This document shows positions 8,254 to 17,062 of a DNA stretch of 64,000 nt, one piece after another. A program made the position numbers and the translations under genes. Within the stretch, counting starts at the first letter, position 1. The number at the start of each line of letters is the position of its first letter. Source of the stretch: Methanobacteriota archaeon (GTDB taxonomy: Archaea; Thermoplasmatota; E2; DHVEG-1); assembly GCA_963769885.1 (NCBI GenBank), contig CAVYNH010000005.1, positions 96,001-160,000 on the forward strand, given 5' to 3'. The notes below the pieces were generated by a model that was given only the letters and a program-made list of their open reading frames with translations, was not told the origin of the DNA and did no database searches.

Positions 8254-10722
8254 CTAGGGATACCCGCCGATCATCAACGTCGGGTCCCCGAGCAGCACCC
8301 ACTGCTGCACGGTCTTCGGATGCCCAGCGGCCAGGTCGGTCATATCGAAGCTGTTCAGGTACGCGGTCAACGTCTGCGCATACGCCTGCCCGAGCACTTG
8401 ATGGCCGTACTGCCCGTACTGCCGGAAGAACTCGATTGTGATCCACGAGTCCCCACCGCCTGTCGTCAAGTCGATCCCGGGCATGCCGTACCCGAGTCCC
8501 GTGTTCCCCATCGAGGCGATTGCGCCACCATGCGGGTTGCGGATGAGCCGCCAGCTGAACGTCTCAGGAACCGGGAAGCCATTGCACCAGCATGTTAACT
8601 TCGGGAGTTTGGGGTAGTAATAATTCAGGATGTCCAACAGTCCCCGGACCATGGAGACATTGAACTGGCTATTGTGACATCCTCCGACGACCGCGATGGG
8701 CAGTTTCTCCTTATTCTTCATCGTATCCATGGGGAATAGCGGGAGCGTGGCATAGGGCGCCCAGGGATGGATTGTCGTAACCTGCATCCCGGTGATGCTA
8801 CCGCCGACGCGGTTCCCAGGGATGCCGGGGTAATGGTCCGCCCAGACGTTGGGGCTGCCGTGCCCGGAGAGGAACACGAACCCGGCGCCCTGGTTCCAGG
8901 CGTCGAGGACGCTCTGGATTCCGGTCAGCCGCCCGTTCGAGGCCCAGACGATGTCCCGGGTGAAGTTTTGCGGCATGTAGTAGAGGGCGCCACCGCGGCC
9001 GAGTAGGGCTTTCTCGCCGGTTCCGTATTCGCCTTCCCAGTACATCACGGTGTTGTTGCGCCAGTCCTCGAACACGGTCGCACCCGTACTGTTGGTGATC
9101 CAGACGTGGATGTTGCTGAGGTTCCCGTACGGCTCGGGGTCGTAGCTCTTCCCCCGGATTGTCAGGACGCCGCCGACGTAGCTTTGGTTTGCCCAGTGGT
9201 AGAACTGGTTGCAGTAGGCCTCTTTCTCGGTTGGCGTATAGTTGAAGTCCGTATTGCCCAGGATGTTTCCTTCGGAAACCGTGCAGATCTCCGCCATGGG
9301 CAGGCCGGGGTAGGAGTGGATTCTGAGGTTATCGTCTTGGTTGAAGGTGAGGTTGGTCGGTTGGGTGTGGTCGACGGTCACATTCGTGGTCTCAATCGGG
9401 CCGAGGATGTTGGCGGGGTTCGAGCTTTGGGCGTTGATGGTGTAGGCGCCGGCGGGCAGGCTGTTGGTGTCCCAGGTGATGTTGAGGTCTTCTTGGTCGA
9501 GGAACCCGTCGCCGCTGATGACGGTCATCTTCTTGAACCAGTCGGCGTCGTAGGTTGTGTTCTCGTACTTGATGATCTTGTTGACAACGGTGCGGACTTC
9601 GGCGACGCTGGTGCAGGCGAGCCGGCCGAGCATGACGTCGGGGTACATGTCGATGCCGGTATCGTTTTGGATGCCGGGGCGTCCCCAGGCGGCGTAGACG
9701 CCGTCGCCGTTGGGGTCCCATGAGGAGAAGGTGCCGTTGGGGCCGTAGATGTCGGCGTAGTAAAGGTCGCTGATGACGCCAGGGTCATGGAGGGCTTCGG
9801 CGAGGGGGAACTTGGGGTTGTCCCAGAGGTTGGTGTAGCGGACGGGGAGGTACCAGCCGGAGGAGCCTTGGTTCTGGTCGTCCTTGGGCTTGGAGTAGAT
9901 GATGTTCTTGACGCCGCCGACGAGCAGGACGCTGGTGATGTTCTGGGTTTCGATTGCGTCCTTGATGAAGTGCTTAATTTGTTCGGGTTTGTCCGCGCCC
10001 TGGTATTGGGCGTAGATGTCTTCTGTGGTCTTCAGAGTAGTTGGGATGCCGTGGCTGATCTTATGGGCGATGAGCGGCTGGAGGGCGTCTGTGAACTTCT
10101 GGGGGGCGATGATGACTAGGTGGGTTACGTTGTTGAATGTTCTCTGGTTCTGGGGTGGGGTGTAGGTGATGGTCGCGGTCGCGGATTGGGCGATGAGGAG
10201 GGTGTTGGTGGCGGGGGTGTAGCGGATGGGGGTGTAGCGGAGGGTGACGAAGGTGACATGGTTGTTGTGGGCGTTGAGGCCGACGCCGATGCTAGTGGTG
10301 TACCAGGTGTTGGGGTACGGGGTCGTGGAGGCGTAGACTGCGGTGTCTGTGGTGATGGTGGTGGTGGTTTGGATGTCGTCGAGGAGTGGGAGCATCTGGG
10401 GGCAGGGTCTGATCTGGCCGGTGATTTGAGTCGTGGTGACGTCGGTGGGGGTGAGGGTGACGTGGATGTTGGTGGCGGCAAACGGCAGCTCAACAGTCCG
10501 GGTGAGGGTGGGCAGCTTGGGGCAGCCGGGGTCGGTGAGGTAGGTGGATTCCCCGGTGAGTTGGAGGCTGAGGTCTGTGGTGGACGTCGGCTGGATCTGG
10601 TAGGGTGGGGTGGTGAGGGTGAGGGTGCATTGGCTGCCTTGTGTTTGTTGGGCGGTGAGGGTGGCGGCGATGCTGGTGCTCAGGAGTGTTCCGACGAGTA
10701 GGAGCATGATGATTTTCTTCAT
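8254..10722 (-). CDS. Secreted C25 (gingipain-like) cysteine peptidase with propeptide
   Basis: Signal peptide, propeptide motif PGCPKLP, VLLVGG, SDLYYAD, YPDVMLGRL, catalytic SGHGSP and GGCHNSQF, terminal LLGDP. Confidence 0.9.
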   Translation of the reverse strand: MKKIIMLLLVGTLLSTSIAATLTAQQTQGSQCTLTLTTPPYQIQPTSTTDLSLQLTGESTYLTDPGCPKLPTLTRTVELPFAATNIHVTLTPTDVTTTQITGQIRPCPQMLPLLDDIQTTTTITTDTAVYASTTPYPNTWYTTSIGVGLNAHNNHVTFVTLRYTPIRYTPATNTLLIAQSATATITYTPPQNQRTFNNVTHLVIIAPQKFTDALQPLIAHKISHGIPTTLKTTEDIYAQYQGADKPEQIKHFIKDAIETQNITSVLLVGGVKNIIYSKPKDDQNQGSSGWYLPVRYTNLWDNPKFPLAEALHDPGVISDLYYADIYGPNGTFSSWDPNGDGVYAAWGRPGIQNDTGIDMYPDVMLGRLACTSVAEVRTVVNKIIKYENTTYDADWFKKMTVISGDGFLDQEDLNITWDTNSLPAGAYTINAQSSNPANILGPIETTNVTVDHTQPTNLTFNQDDNLRIHSYPGLPMAEICTVSEGNILGNTDFNYTPTEKEAYCNQFYHWANQSYVGGVLTIRGKSYDPEPYGNLSNIHVWITNSTGATVFEDWRNNTVMYWEGEYGTGEKALLGRGGALYYMPQNFTRDIVWASNGRLTGIQSVLDAWNQGAGFVFLSGHGSPNVWADHYPGIPGNRVGGSITGMQVTTIHPWAPYATLPLFPMDTMKNKEKLPIAVVGGCHNSQFNVSMVRGLLDILNYYYPKLPKLTCWCNGFPVPETFSWRLIRNPHGGAIASMGNTGLGYGMPGIDLTTGGGDSWITIEFFRQYGQYGHQVLGQAYAQTLTAYLNSFDMTDLAAGHPKTVQQWVLLGDPTLMIGGYP

Positions 10723-11004
10723 AGAGTAATGGTCCCCTTTATTCTAATAGTATTTATATTGGTTAATTAAAGTTTGCCTGGTTTTTTAGGTGAGGACGGG
10801 AGATGAAAAAAGAGGCTCATGGTATGACCAGCAATGTCTACGCATCTGTAGAGTTCGGAAAAAATGAATGAACAGTTCGAAATGTCCGAACACGGATTTT
10901 AGTCAGCTACCGCAGCCTCTCCCATTGAGGACGCGCTATTCTTCTCTTAAGATACCCATCAGAAAAAAGAAATACCAGGGGTCTCTATACCCTGCGGACC
11001 AGAC

Positions 11005-12117
11005 GTGTCGGAAAAGAAAGACTACTATGAGGTCCTCGGTGTCTCTCGCGACGCCAGCAAAGAGGACATCAAGAAAGCGTACCGCAAGCTCGCGTTGAAA
11101 TACCATCCAGACAAGAACAAGTCGCCGGACGCGGAGGAACGCTTCAAGGAGATCAGCGAGGCGTACGGTGTCCTTTATGATGACGAGAAGCGCAAGATGT
11201 ACGACGCGCATGGACACTCTGGCATTGACCAGCAGTACACGCAGGAGGACATCTTCCGCGGCGTCGACTTCGGCGACATCTTCCGCAGCATGGGCTTCGA
11301 CATCGGTGGCGGCTTCGGTTTCGACGACATCTTCAGCCAGTTCTTCGGCGGCGGACGCGGGCGCGGACGTCCGGTGCAGCGCCAGCGCGGCAGTGACCTG
11401 CGCTACGACATCCAGATCGGCCTGGAAGACGCCTTCAGGGGTGTCACCACCGAGATCCAGATCCCGCGGACCGAGGGATGTCCGACCTGTCACGGCAGCG
11501 GTGCGGCCCCGGGCACGCGCCCCGTCCAATGCCCTCAATGTAAAGGGACAGGGGAAATCCGTAGTACCCAGAGGACGGCGTTCGGCGTGTTCACCCAGGT
11601 CAGCGTCTGCCCCCGTTGCCACGGCCGCGATGTCATCATCGAGATGCCGTGCCCGATCTGTCGCGGCACCGGAACGATCCAGCAGACACGAACCATCGAT
11701 ATCAAAATCCCGAGGGGGATCGATGAGGGGGCGCAGCTGCGGCTCACAGGGGAAGGGGAGGCCCCAGGCAACGGTTTGCCTCCAGGGGATCTCTACGTCG
11801 TCGTTCATCTCAGGCCTCACTCGATGTATGAACGTCGCGGCGATGACCTGTACCGAACGTTGAACGTGAGTTTTCCGAAGCTCGTGCTCGGCGGCACCGT
11901 CTCGTTGACGACGCTGCATGGGGAGGAGCGGCTGAAGGTCCCGGCTGGCACCGAGAGTGGCTCTGTCGTCCGGCTGAAAGAGCAGGGGATGCCGCACGTC
12001 GGCCATAGCGGGTACGGCGACCTCTATGTCGAGGTCCGCGGTACGATCCCCAAGTCGTTGAATCGGCGGGCGCGACAACTGCTGGAAGAATACATGCAGG
12101 AAACCGAACAGACCTAA
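11005..12117 (+). CDS. dnaJ: Molecular chaperone DnaJ
   Basis: J domain with HPD, G/F-rich region, four CxxCxGx(G) repeats, C-terminal GDLYV motifs. Confidence 0.97.
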   Translation: MSEKKDYYEVLGVSRDASKEDIKKAYRKLALKYHPDKNKSPDAEERFKEISEAYGVLYDDEKRKMYDAHGHSGIDQQYTQEDIFRGVDFGDIFRSMGFDIGGGFGFDDIFSQFFGGGRGRGRPVQRQRGSDLRYDIQIGLEDAFRGVTTEIQIPRTEGCPTCHGSGAAPGTRPVQCPQCKGTGEIRSTQRTAFGVFTQVSVCPRCHGRDVIIEMPCPICRGTGTIQQTRTIDIKIPRGIDEGAQLRLTGEGEAPGNGLPPGDLYVVVHLRPHSMYERRGDDLYRTLNVSFPKLVLGGTVSLTTLHGEERLKVPAGTESGSVVRLKEQGMPHVGHSGYGDLYVEVRGTIPKSLNRRARQLLEEYMQETEQT

Positions 12118-12243
12118 GCGAATTTTTACGTGGACTATTTAAAGACCCTTTCCTCTCGTCATGACGTCCTCTTTGATGAAAAATTACATTCTTTCCCTCC
12201 TTATATCGGAGGTTGATTTATTTTGAAATATTCAACCGAAGGG

Positions 12244-12260
12244 CCGAAACTTTTATATAA
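12244..12260 (+). promoter_or_regulatory. BRE/TATA promoter of hsp20
   Basis: CCGAAAC-TTTTATATAA about 60 nt upstream of the start codon. Confidence 0.6.
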
Positions 12261-12319
12261 GAATTCGTGTGTAGTATTTATGGCGAAAATTCAACGCCAC
12301 TACGGAGGCATGGAAGAGT

Positions 12320-12910
12320 ATGGATCCCATTGACGCTGAAGACCGTGACCGTCGCCGTCGACTGCCCTTCGACCTCAAAGACGATGACTTCTTCAACAGC
12401 ATCTTCAACGACGAGCAGCTCAAAGACCTCTTCAACGACAAGCAGTTCAAGGAAGACATCCGCAACATGTACGAGGAGATGATGAAGCTGCTGAACAACG
12501 CCCAGCCAGGGAAGTCCGTCGTCCACGGCTTCAAGGTCCAGTTCGGCCCGGACGGTAAGCCCCACCTCGAGGACTTCGGCAACAAACCAATGCGCTCACC
12601 AGAAGGAGAACTCGCCGTCTCCGACGAGATCGAGCCGCTGACCGACATCATCGAAAACGAAGACTCCGTTTCCATCACCATCGAGATCCCCGGCGTCGAA
12701 CAGAAGGACATCGACCTGCGGGCGAAGGACGACTCCCTGGAAATCACCGTGGACTCCCCGAAGCGGAAGTACCACAAGGTCGTCGGTCTGCCCTGCGACG
12801 TCAAGGCCAAGTCCACCAAGGCGACCTACAAGAATGGCGTCCTGGACATCGTCCTTGAGAAAAAGAAGAAGGACAAGGAAACCGGCGGGTTCCGCGTCAG
12901 TATCGAATAG
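12320..12910 (+). CDS. hsp20: Archaeal small heat shock protein Hsp20
   Basis: GFKVQFGPDGKP..FGN, EPLTD, alpha-crystallin domain with ATYKNGVLDI. Confidence 0.95.
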   Translation: MDPIDAEDRDRRRRLPFDLKDDDFFNSIFNDEQLKDLFNDKQFKEDIRNMYEEMMKLLNNAQPGKSVVHGFKVQFGPDGKPHLEDFGNKPMRSPEGELAVSDEIEPLTDIIENEDSVSITIEIPGVEQKDIDLRAKDDSLEITVDSPKRKYHKVVGLPCDVKAKSTKATYKNGVLDIVLEKKKKDKETGGFRVSIE

Positions 12911-13020
12911 ACCAGACCGCCCTCTTTTTCGTCTTTTTTCTTCTACATTAGGTTCAGAGTATTCGTTCAAGAAAAGAAGAGAGGGGAATCTCGCAAGGAC
13001 GCCCCTATCCCAGTATTGCG

Positions 13021-14154
13021 TTATTCAAGGATATGGATATTGTGTTTCTCGCAGATATCCTTGAGGATTTTAGGCCAGATTGTGACGCTGACCTCGCCGA
13101 GATGCGCCTTCTTCAGCAGCAGCATGTACGTCCGCGACTGCCCGATGCCGCCACCGATAGAGAGCGGGATCTTGTTGTTCATGATGGCCTGGTGGTACGG
13201 CAGGTTGAGGAAATGATTCTGCCCGGACAGCTCCAGCTGCTTGACAAGCGTCTCCGGCGTCACCCGGATTCCCATGCTTGAGAGCTCATGCCTGCGTTTG
13301 GTCACCGGGTTCCAGACGAGGATGTCGCCGTTCAACCCGTGGGTCTTCTTCCCGGACTCTTTGCTCGTGTCCGTCACCCAGTCATCGTAGTCCGCGGCCC
13401 GCATCTCATGCGGGTACCCATCAGCAAGCACGGAGCCGATACCGATAATGAACACCGCGGGATGCTCCTGCAGAATCGCAGTCTCCCGCTGCTTGCGCGG
13501 CAGCTCCGGATACATATCCAGAATCTCCTCCGCATGGAAGAACTCCAGTTTCTTCGGCAGATTCGGGTACTTATCGGTATCCAGCTTCGGGTACATCTCC
13601 AACGCGAGGTCCTCCGCGCCCTTCAGGACCTTCCAGATCCTTGTCACTGTATCTTTAAGGTACGCGAGGTTGCGCTGGCTCTTCGTGATCACCCGCTCCC
13701 AGTCCCACTGGTCCACATACGAACTATGATCGTGGTCCAGGAAGTAGTCCTTGCGGACCGCACGCATGTCGGTGTTAATCCCCTCGCCGACCTTACAGTC
13801 GAACTCCCGCAGCGCCAACCGCTTCCACTTCGTCGCCGCCTGCACTACCTGCGCGTTAATCCGCTTCTCCAACCCAAGTCCGGCAGGAAACGCCACCGGC
13901 GTCCGCGACCCGTCACGATCCAGATAATCATTCACGCCGCTCTCCTCACTCACAATCAGCGGCACCGTCACCATCATCAAATTGAGCTCTTTAGCCAGGT
14001 TCTCCTCAACGTAGTACTTCATCGCAAACAGCGCCTTCTGTGTCTCCTTCGGCGTCAACAACGACTCGTAATCCGTCGGCAGCACCCGGTCAATCTCCTG
14101 ATACGTCCCAATCCCGGGCCCCGCCAGATCCTGTTTCTTCTTATCCGTCAACAT
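13021..14154 (-). CDS. asnA: Aspartate-ammonia ligase (asparagine synthetase A)
   Basis: KWKR, HSSYVDQWDWE, RAADYDDW, LNGDILVW, ELSSMGIRV, SIGGGIGQSR. Confidence 0.95.
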   Translation of the reverse strand: MLTDKKKQDLAGPGIGTYQEIDRVLPTDYESLLTPKETQKALFAMKYYVEENLAKELNLMMVTVPLIVSEESGVNDYLDRDGSRTPVAFPAGLGLEKRINAQVVQAATKWKRLALREFDCKVGEGINTDMRAVRKDYFLDHDHSSYVDQWDWERVITKSQRNLAYLKDTVTRIWKVLKGAEDLALEMYPKLDTDKYPNLPKKLEFFHAEEILDMYPELPRKQRETAILQEHPAVFIIGIGSVLADGYPHEMRAADYDDWVTDTSKESGKKTHGLNGDILVWNPVTKRRHELSSMGIRVTPETLVKQLELSGQNHFLNLPYHQAIMNNKIPLSIGGGIGQSRTYMLLLKKAHLGEVSVTIWPKILKDICEKHNIHILE

Positions 14155-14316
14155 AGGAGAAAGCCTCCAGATACCCCCCAGGAACAATCCCACTCATATA
14201 AATCTTTACTCCAAGAACACCCCCCCACCGAAAGCCTATAAAACCGCCACCACGATAAAAGAACCCAACCACACATCAACGAAAAACACAACACTGGGGA
14301 GGTGAAACACCAAGAG

Positions 14317-15726
14317 ATGGTCGAACTCACATTCTACGGAGGAGTCAACGAAATCGGCGGCAACAAAATCCTCCTCCAAGACCACGACACCCGCATCCTC
14401 CTCGACTTCGGCATGAGCTTCTCCCGCCGCGGCCGCTACTTCGAAGAATACCTCAACCCCCGCACCGCCAACGGCATCGGCGACTTCCTCGCCATGCGCC
14501 TCCTCCCCGACATCCCCGGCATCTACCGCGACGACCTCCTCACCCACCACCACCGCCAACCAGAAGACCCCACCATCGACGCCGTACTCCTGTCACACGC
14601 CCACGCCGACCACGCCAACTACATCAGCTTCCTCCACAAAGACATCCCCATCCACCTCAGCCACACCACCCACCGCATCCTCACCGCCGTCGCCGAACAA
14701 AGCCAACGCGACATCGAACACGAAATCCTCGACTACCGCAGACGGCCCATCACCAAAGACAACCGCACCACCCCACCCATCAAACGAACCTTCCACCCCT
14801 TCAAAAACCACCAAACCATCAAGATAGGCTGCCTCGACATCGAACCCATCCACGTCGACCACAGCGTCCCCGGCGCCCACGCCCTCCTCATCCACACCAC
14901 CGAAGGAACCGTGGCCTACACCGGCGACCTGCGCACCCACGGCCTCCACGCCAGCCTCACCACCGACTTCACACAAACCGCCACACAAGCCAAACCCATC
15001 GCCCTCATCACCGAAGGCACCCGCATCGACCGCCACCGCACCGGCGAATCCGAACACCGCGTCTACACCACCAGCAAAAAAGCAATCAAGGCCTGCACCG
15101 ACCTCACCTTGGTCGACTTCAACTTCAAAGACGTCGACCGCTTCACCACCTTCTACCGCATCGCCAAAGACCTCGACAAAACCCTCGTCATCAGCTTCAA
15201 ACACGCCTGCTTCCTCGAACAATACCACCACGACAAAACCCTCCATGTCCCCACCACCACCGACCCCCACATCATGCTCCTCAAATCCAAACGACAAACC
15301 GGCACCTACTGCGACGACGACTACCACGACCCCTACATCAAAAACCGCCTCCACTACCCCAACATCCTCACCGCCGAAGACATCACCACACACCCCTGCG
15401 ACTACATCGTCGTCCTCAACTTCTGGTACTTCAACACCCTCATCGACCTTAAACCCCGACACGGCACCTACATCCACAGCCTCTCCGAGCCCTTCAACGA
15501 AGAAATGGAGGTCTCCTACCACCGCATGAAAGAATGGATCACCTTCTTCCACCTCACCTACATCCAATCCCACTGCTCCGGACACATCAACGGCGACGAC
15601 CTCCGCGACCTCATCCGCACCATCAACCCCAAACGCATCTTCCCCATCCATACCGAACACCCCGGCATGATCCACCTCCCTATAAAAACCACACGTGTCA
15701 AGGAAGGAAAAACGTATAAACTCTGA
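14317..15726 (+). CDS. Metallo-beta-lactamase/beta-CASP hydrolase, RNase J-like
   Basis: GGVNEIGGN, LDFG, SHAHADH, VDHSVPGA, YTGDLR, HCSGH, PIHTEH. Confidence 0.88.
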   Translation: MVELTFYGGVNEIGGNKILLQDHDTRILLDFGMSFSRRGRYFEEYLNPRTANGIGDFLAMRLLPDIPGIYRDDLLTHHHRQPEDPTIDAVLLSHAHADHANYISFLHKDIPIHLSHTTHRILTAVAEQSQRDIEHEILDYRRRPITKDNRTTPPIKRTFHPFKNHQTIKIGCLDIEPIHVDHSVPGAHALLIHTTEGTVAYTGDLRTHGLHASLTTDFTQTATQAKPIALITEGTRIDRHRTGESEHRVYTTSKKAIKACTDLTLVDFNFKDVDRFTTFYRIAKDLDKTLVISFKHACFLEQYHHDKTLHVPTTTDPHIMLLKSKRQTGTYCDDDYHDPYIKNRLHYPNILTAEDITTHPCDYIVVLNFWYFNTLIDLKPRHGTYIHSLSEPFNEEMEVSYHRMKEWITFFHLTYIQSHCSGHINGDDLRDLIRTINPKRIFPIHTEHPGMIHLPIKTTRVKEGKTYKL

Positions 15727-15765
15727 GCAGATAAAAATCCGTAGAATATCTGGGAGCGTAACCGA

Positions 15766-16845
15766 ATGACAGACATCGTTCAATACGAAAAGAAAAGAGA
15801 CGAGCAAATGACCATCAAACCAGACACCGGCAAACGCAAAAAAGAACAATACATCGAAAACCTCCGAGAAGGCGACGCCGTCAACGACTATTTCGCCGTT
15901 AAAACAAAAAAACCACTGCGCTCCTACAAACGCGGCGTGTTCTTCGAATTCCTCGGCTCAGACAAGACCGGCGCCATCGCCATCAAGTTCTGGGGAGGAG
16001 AAAACAAAGACCGCATCAAACGACTCTGCGAAAGCTTCACGGTCGGCGACGTCGTCCAAATCCGCGGCGGCGCCGTCGAATCCTACGACGAACGACTCCA
16101 GATCAGCATCAACGAGAACACCGGCGGCATCCGCCGCTGCGCGGCCAACGAGTACGACATCACCGACTACATCCCCTCACTGGATGATAACCGGATTAAA
16201 GAACTCTACACGGTTGTCGAAGAAGAGATCAAGGCCATCACCAGCCCGCCGCTTAAAGTATTATTGGAGCATTGCTTCGTCAACTCTGAATTCGTTAACG
16301 CCTACACCCATGCGCCCTCTGCCATGGCACATCACCATAACTACGTGGGCGGAAACCTCGAGCACAGCATCGGCGTCCTACGGCTCTGCAAGAATCTCGC
16401 GGAGATGTACCCGGCGGTAAATAAAGAGATGCTGGTGGCCGGCGCCCTACTCCATGACGTCGGGAAACTCCAGGAATATTCCTATGGAGCGTCAATTGAG
16501 AAGACTGAGGACGGCAACTTCATCGGCCATATCATCCTTGGCATCGAATGGGTCCGCGCCCGCATTCAGGAAGTGAGGGAAAAAGGAACCGAGTTCCCTT
16601 CGATGCTTGAGCGGCATCTACTGCATTTGATCGCCAGCCATCATGGGCGGCTAGAGTGGGGCTCCCCAATCGTGCCAAATCTTGCCGAAGCGTGCGCGTT
16701 GCATAACGCAGACCTCATGGACTCCCAAGTCAAGAACTACCTGCAGTTGGTGGAGGACGCACGGAAGTCCACGGATGAGGACTGGGTGTTCATTTTTGAC
16801 GCGGACATCGGGAGGAAACGGCCGGTGTTCCTGGGAGAGTATTAA
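15766..16845 (+). CDS. OB-fold + HD domain 3'-5' exoribonuclease (YhaM/Cbf1 family)
   Basis: N-terminal OB fold (SDKTG..IKFW), APSAMAHHHNYVGGNLEH, LLHDVGK, FIGHI, SHHG..EWGSP, ADLMDS. Confidence 0.9.
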   Translation: MTDIVQYEKKRDEQMTIKPDTGKRKKEQYIENLREGDAVNDYFAVKTKKPLRSYKRGVFFEFLGSDKTGAIAIKFWGGENKDRIKRLCESFTVGDVVQIRGGAVESYDERLQISINENTGGIRRCAANEYDITDYIPSLDDNRIKELYTVVEEEIKAITSPPLKVLLEHCFVNSEFVNAYTHAPSAMAHHHNYVGGNLEHSIGVLRLCKNLAEMYPAVNKEMLVAGALLHDVGKLQEYSYGASIEKTEDGNFIGHIILGIEWVRARIQEVREKGTEFPSMLERHLLHLIASHHGRLEWGSPIVPNLAEACALHNADLMDSQVKNYLQLVEDARKSTDEDWVFIFDADIGRKRPVFLGEY

Positions 16846-16876
16846 AATACTCGTAGAGGGATAGCCAGAGGCGAAC

Positions 16877-17062
16877 ATGAAGAAGACGCTACTGGACATC
16901 CTCTGCTGCCCGGTCTGTAAAGGAAAATTAACGCTTCAGACAACAAAGGAGGAGCACGACGAGGTAGTAACAGGATCCTTATCCTGCATCACCTGTAAAA
17001 CGGTTTATCCCGTTAGCGAGGGCATCCCGGATCTTCTCCCGCGGGAACCACTAAAAGTCTAA
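16877..17062 (+). CDS. trm112: Trm112 methyltransferase activator
   Basis: LLDILCCPVCKG...C..C..YPVSEGIPDLL. Confidence 0.9.
   Translation: MKKTLLDILCCPVCKGKLTLQTTKEEHDEVVTGSLSCITCKTVYPVSEGIPDLLPREPLKV

Noticed and set aside
11608-11632. Third DnaJ zinc repeat ends GRD rather than GxG
   Set aside because: All eight cysteines are intact. This is a single substitution of doubtful significance.
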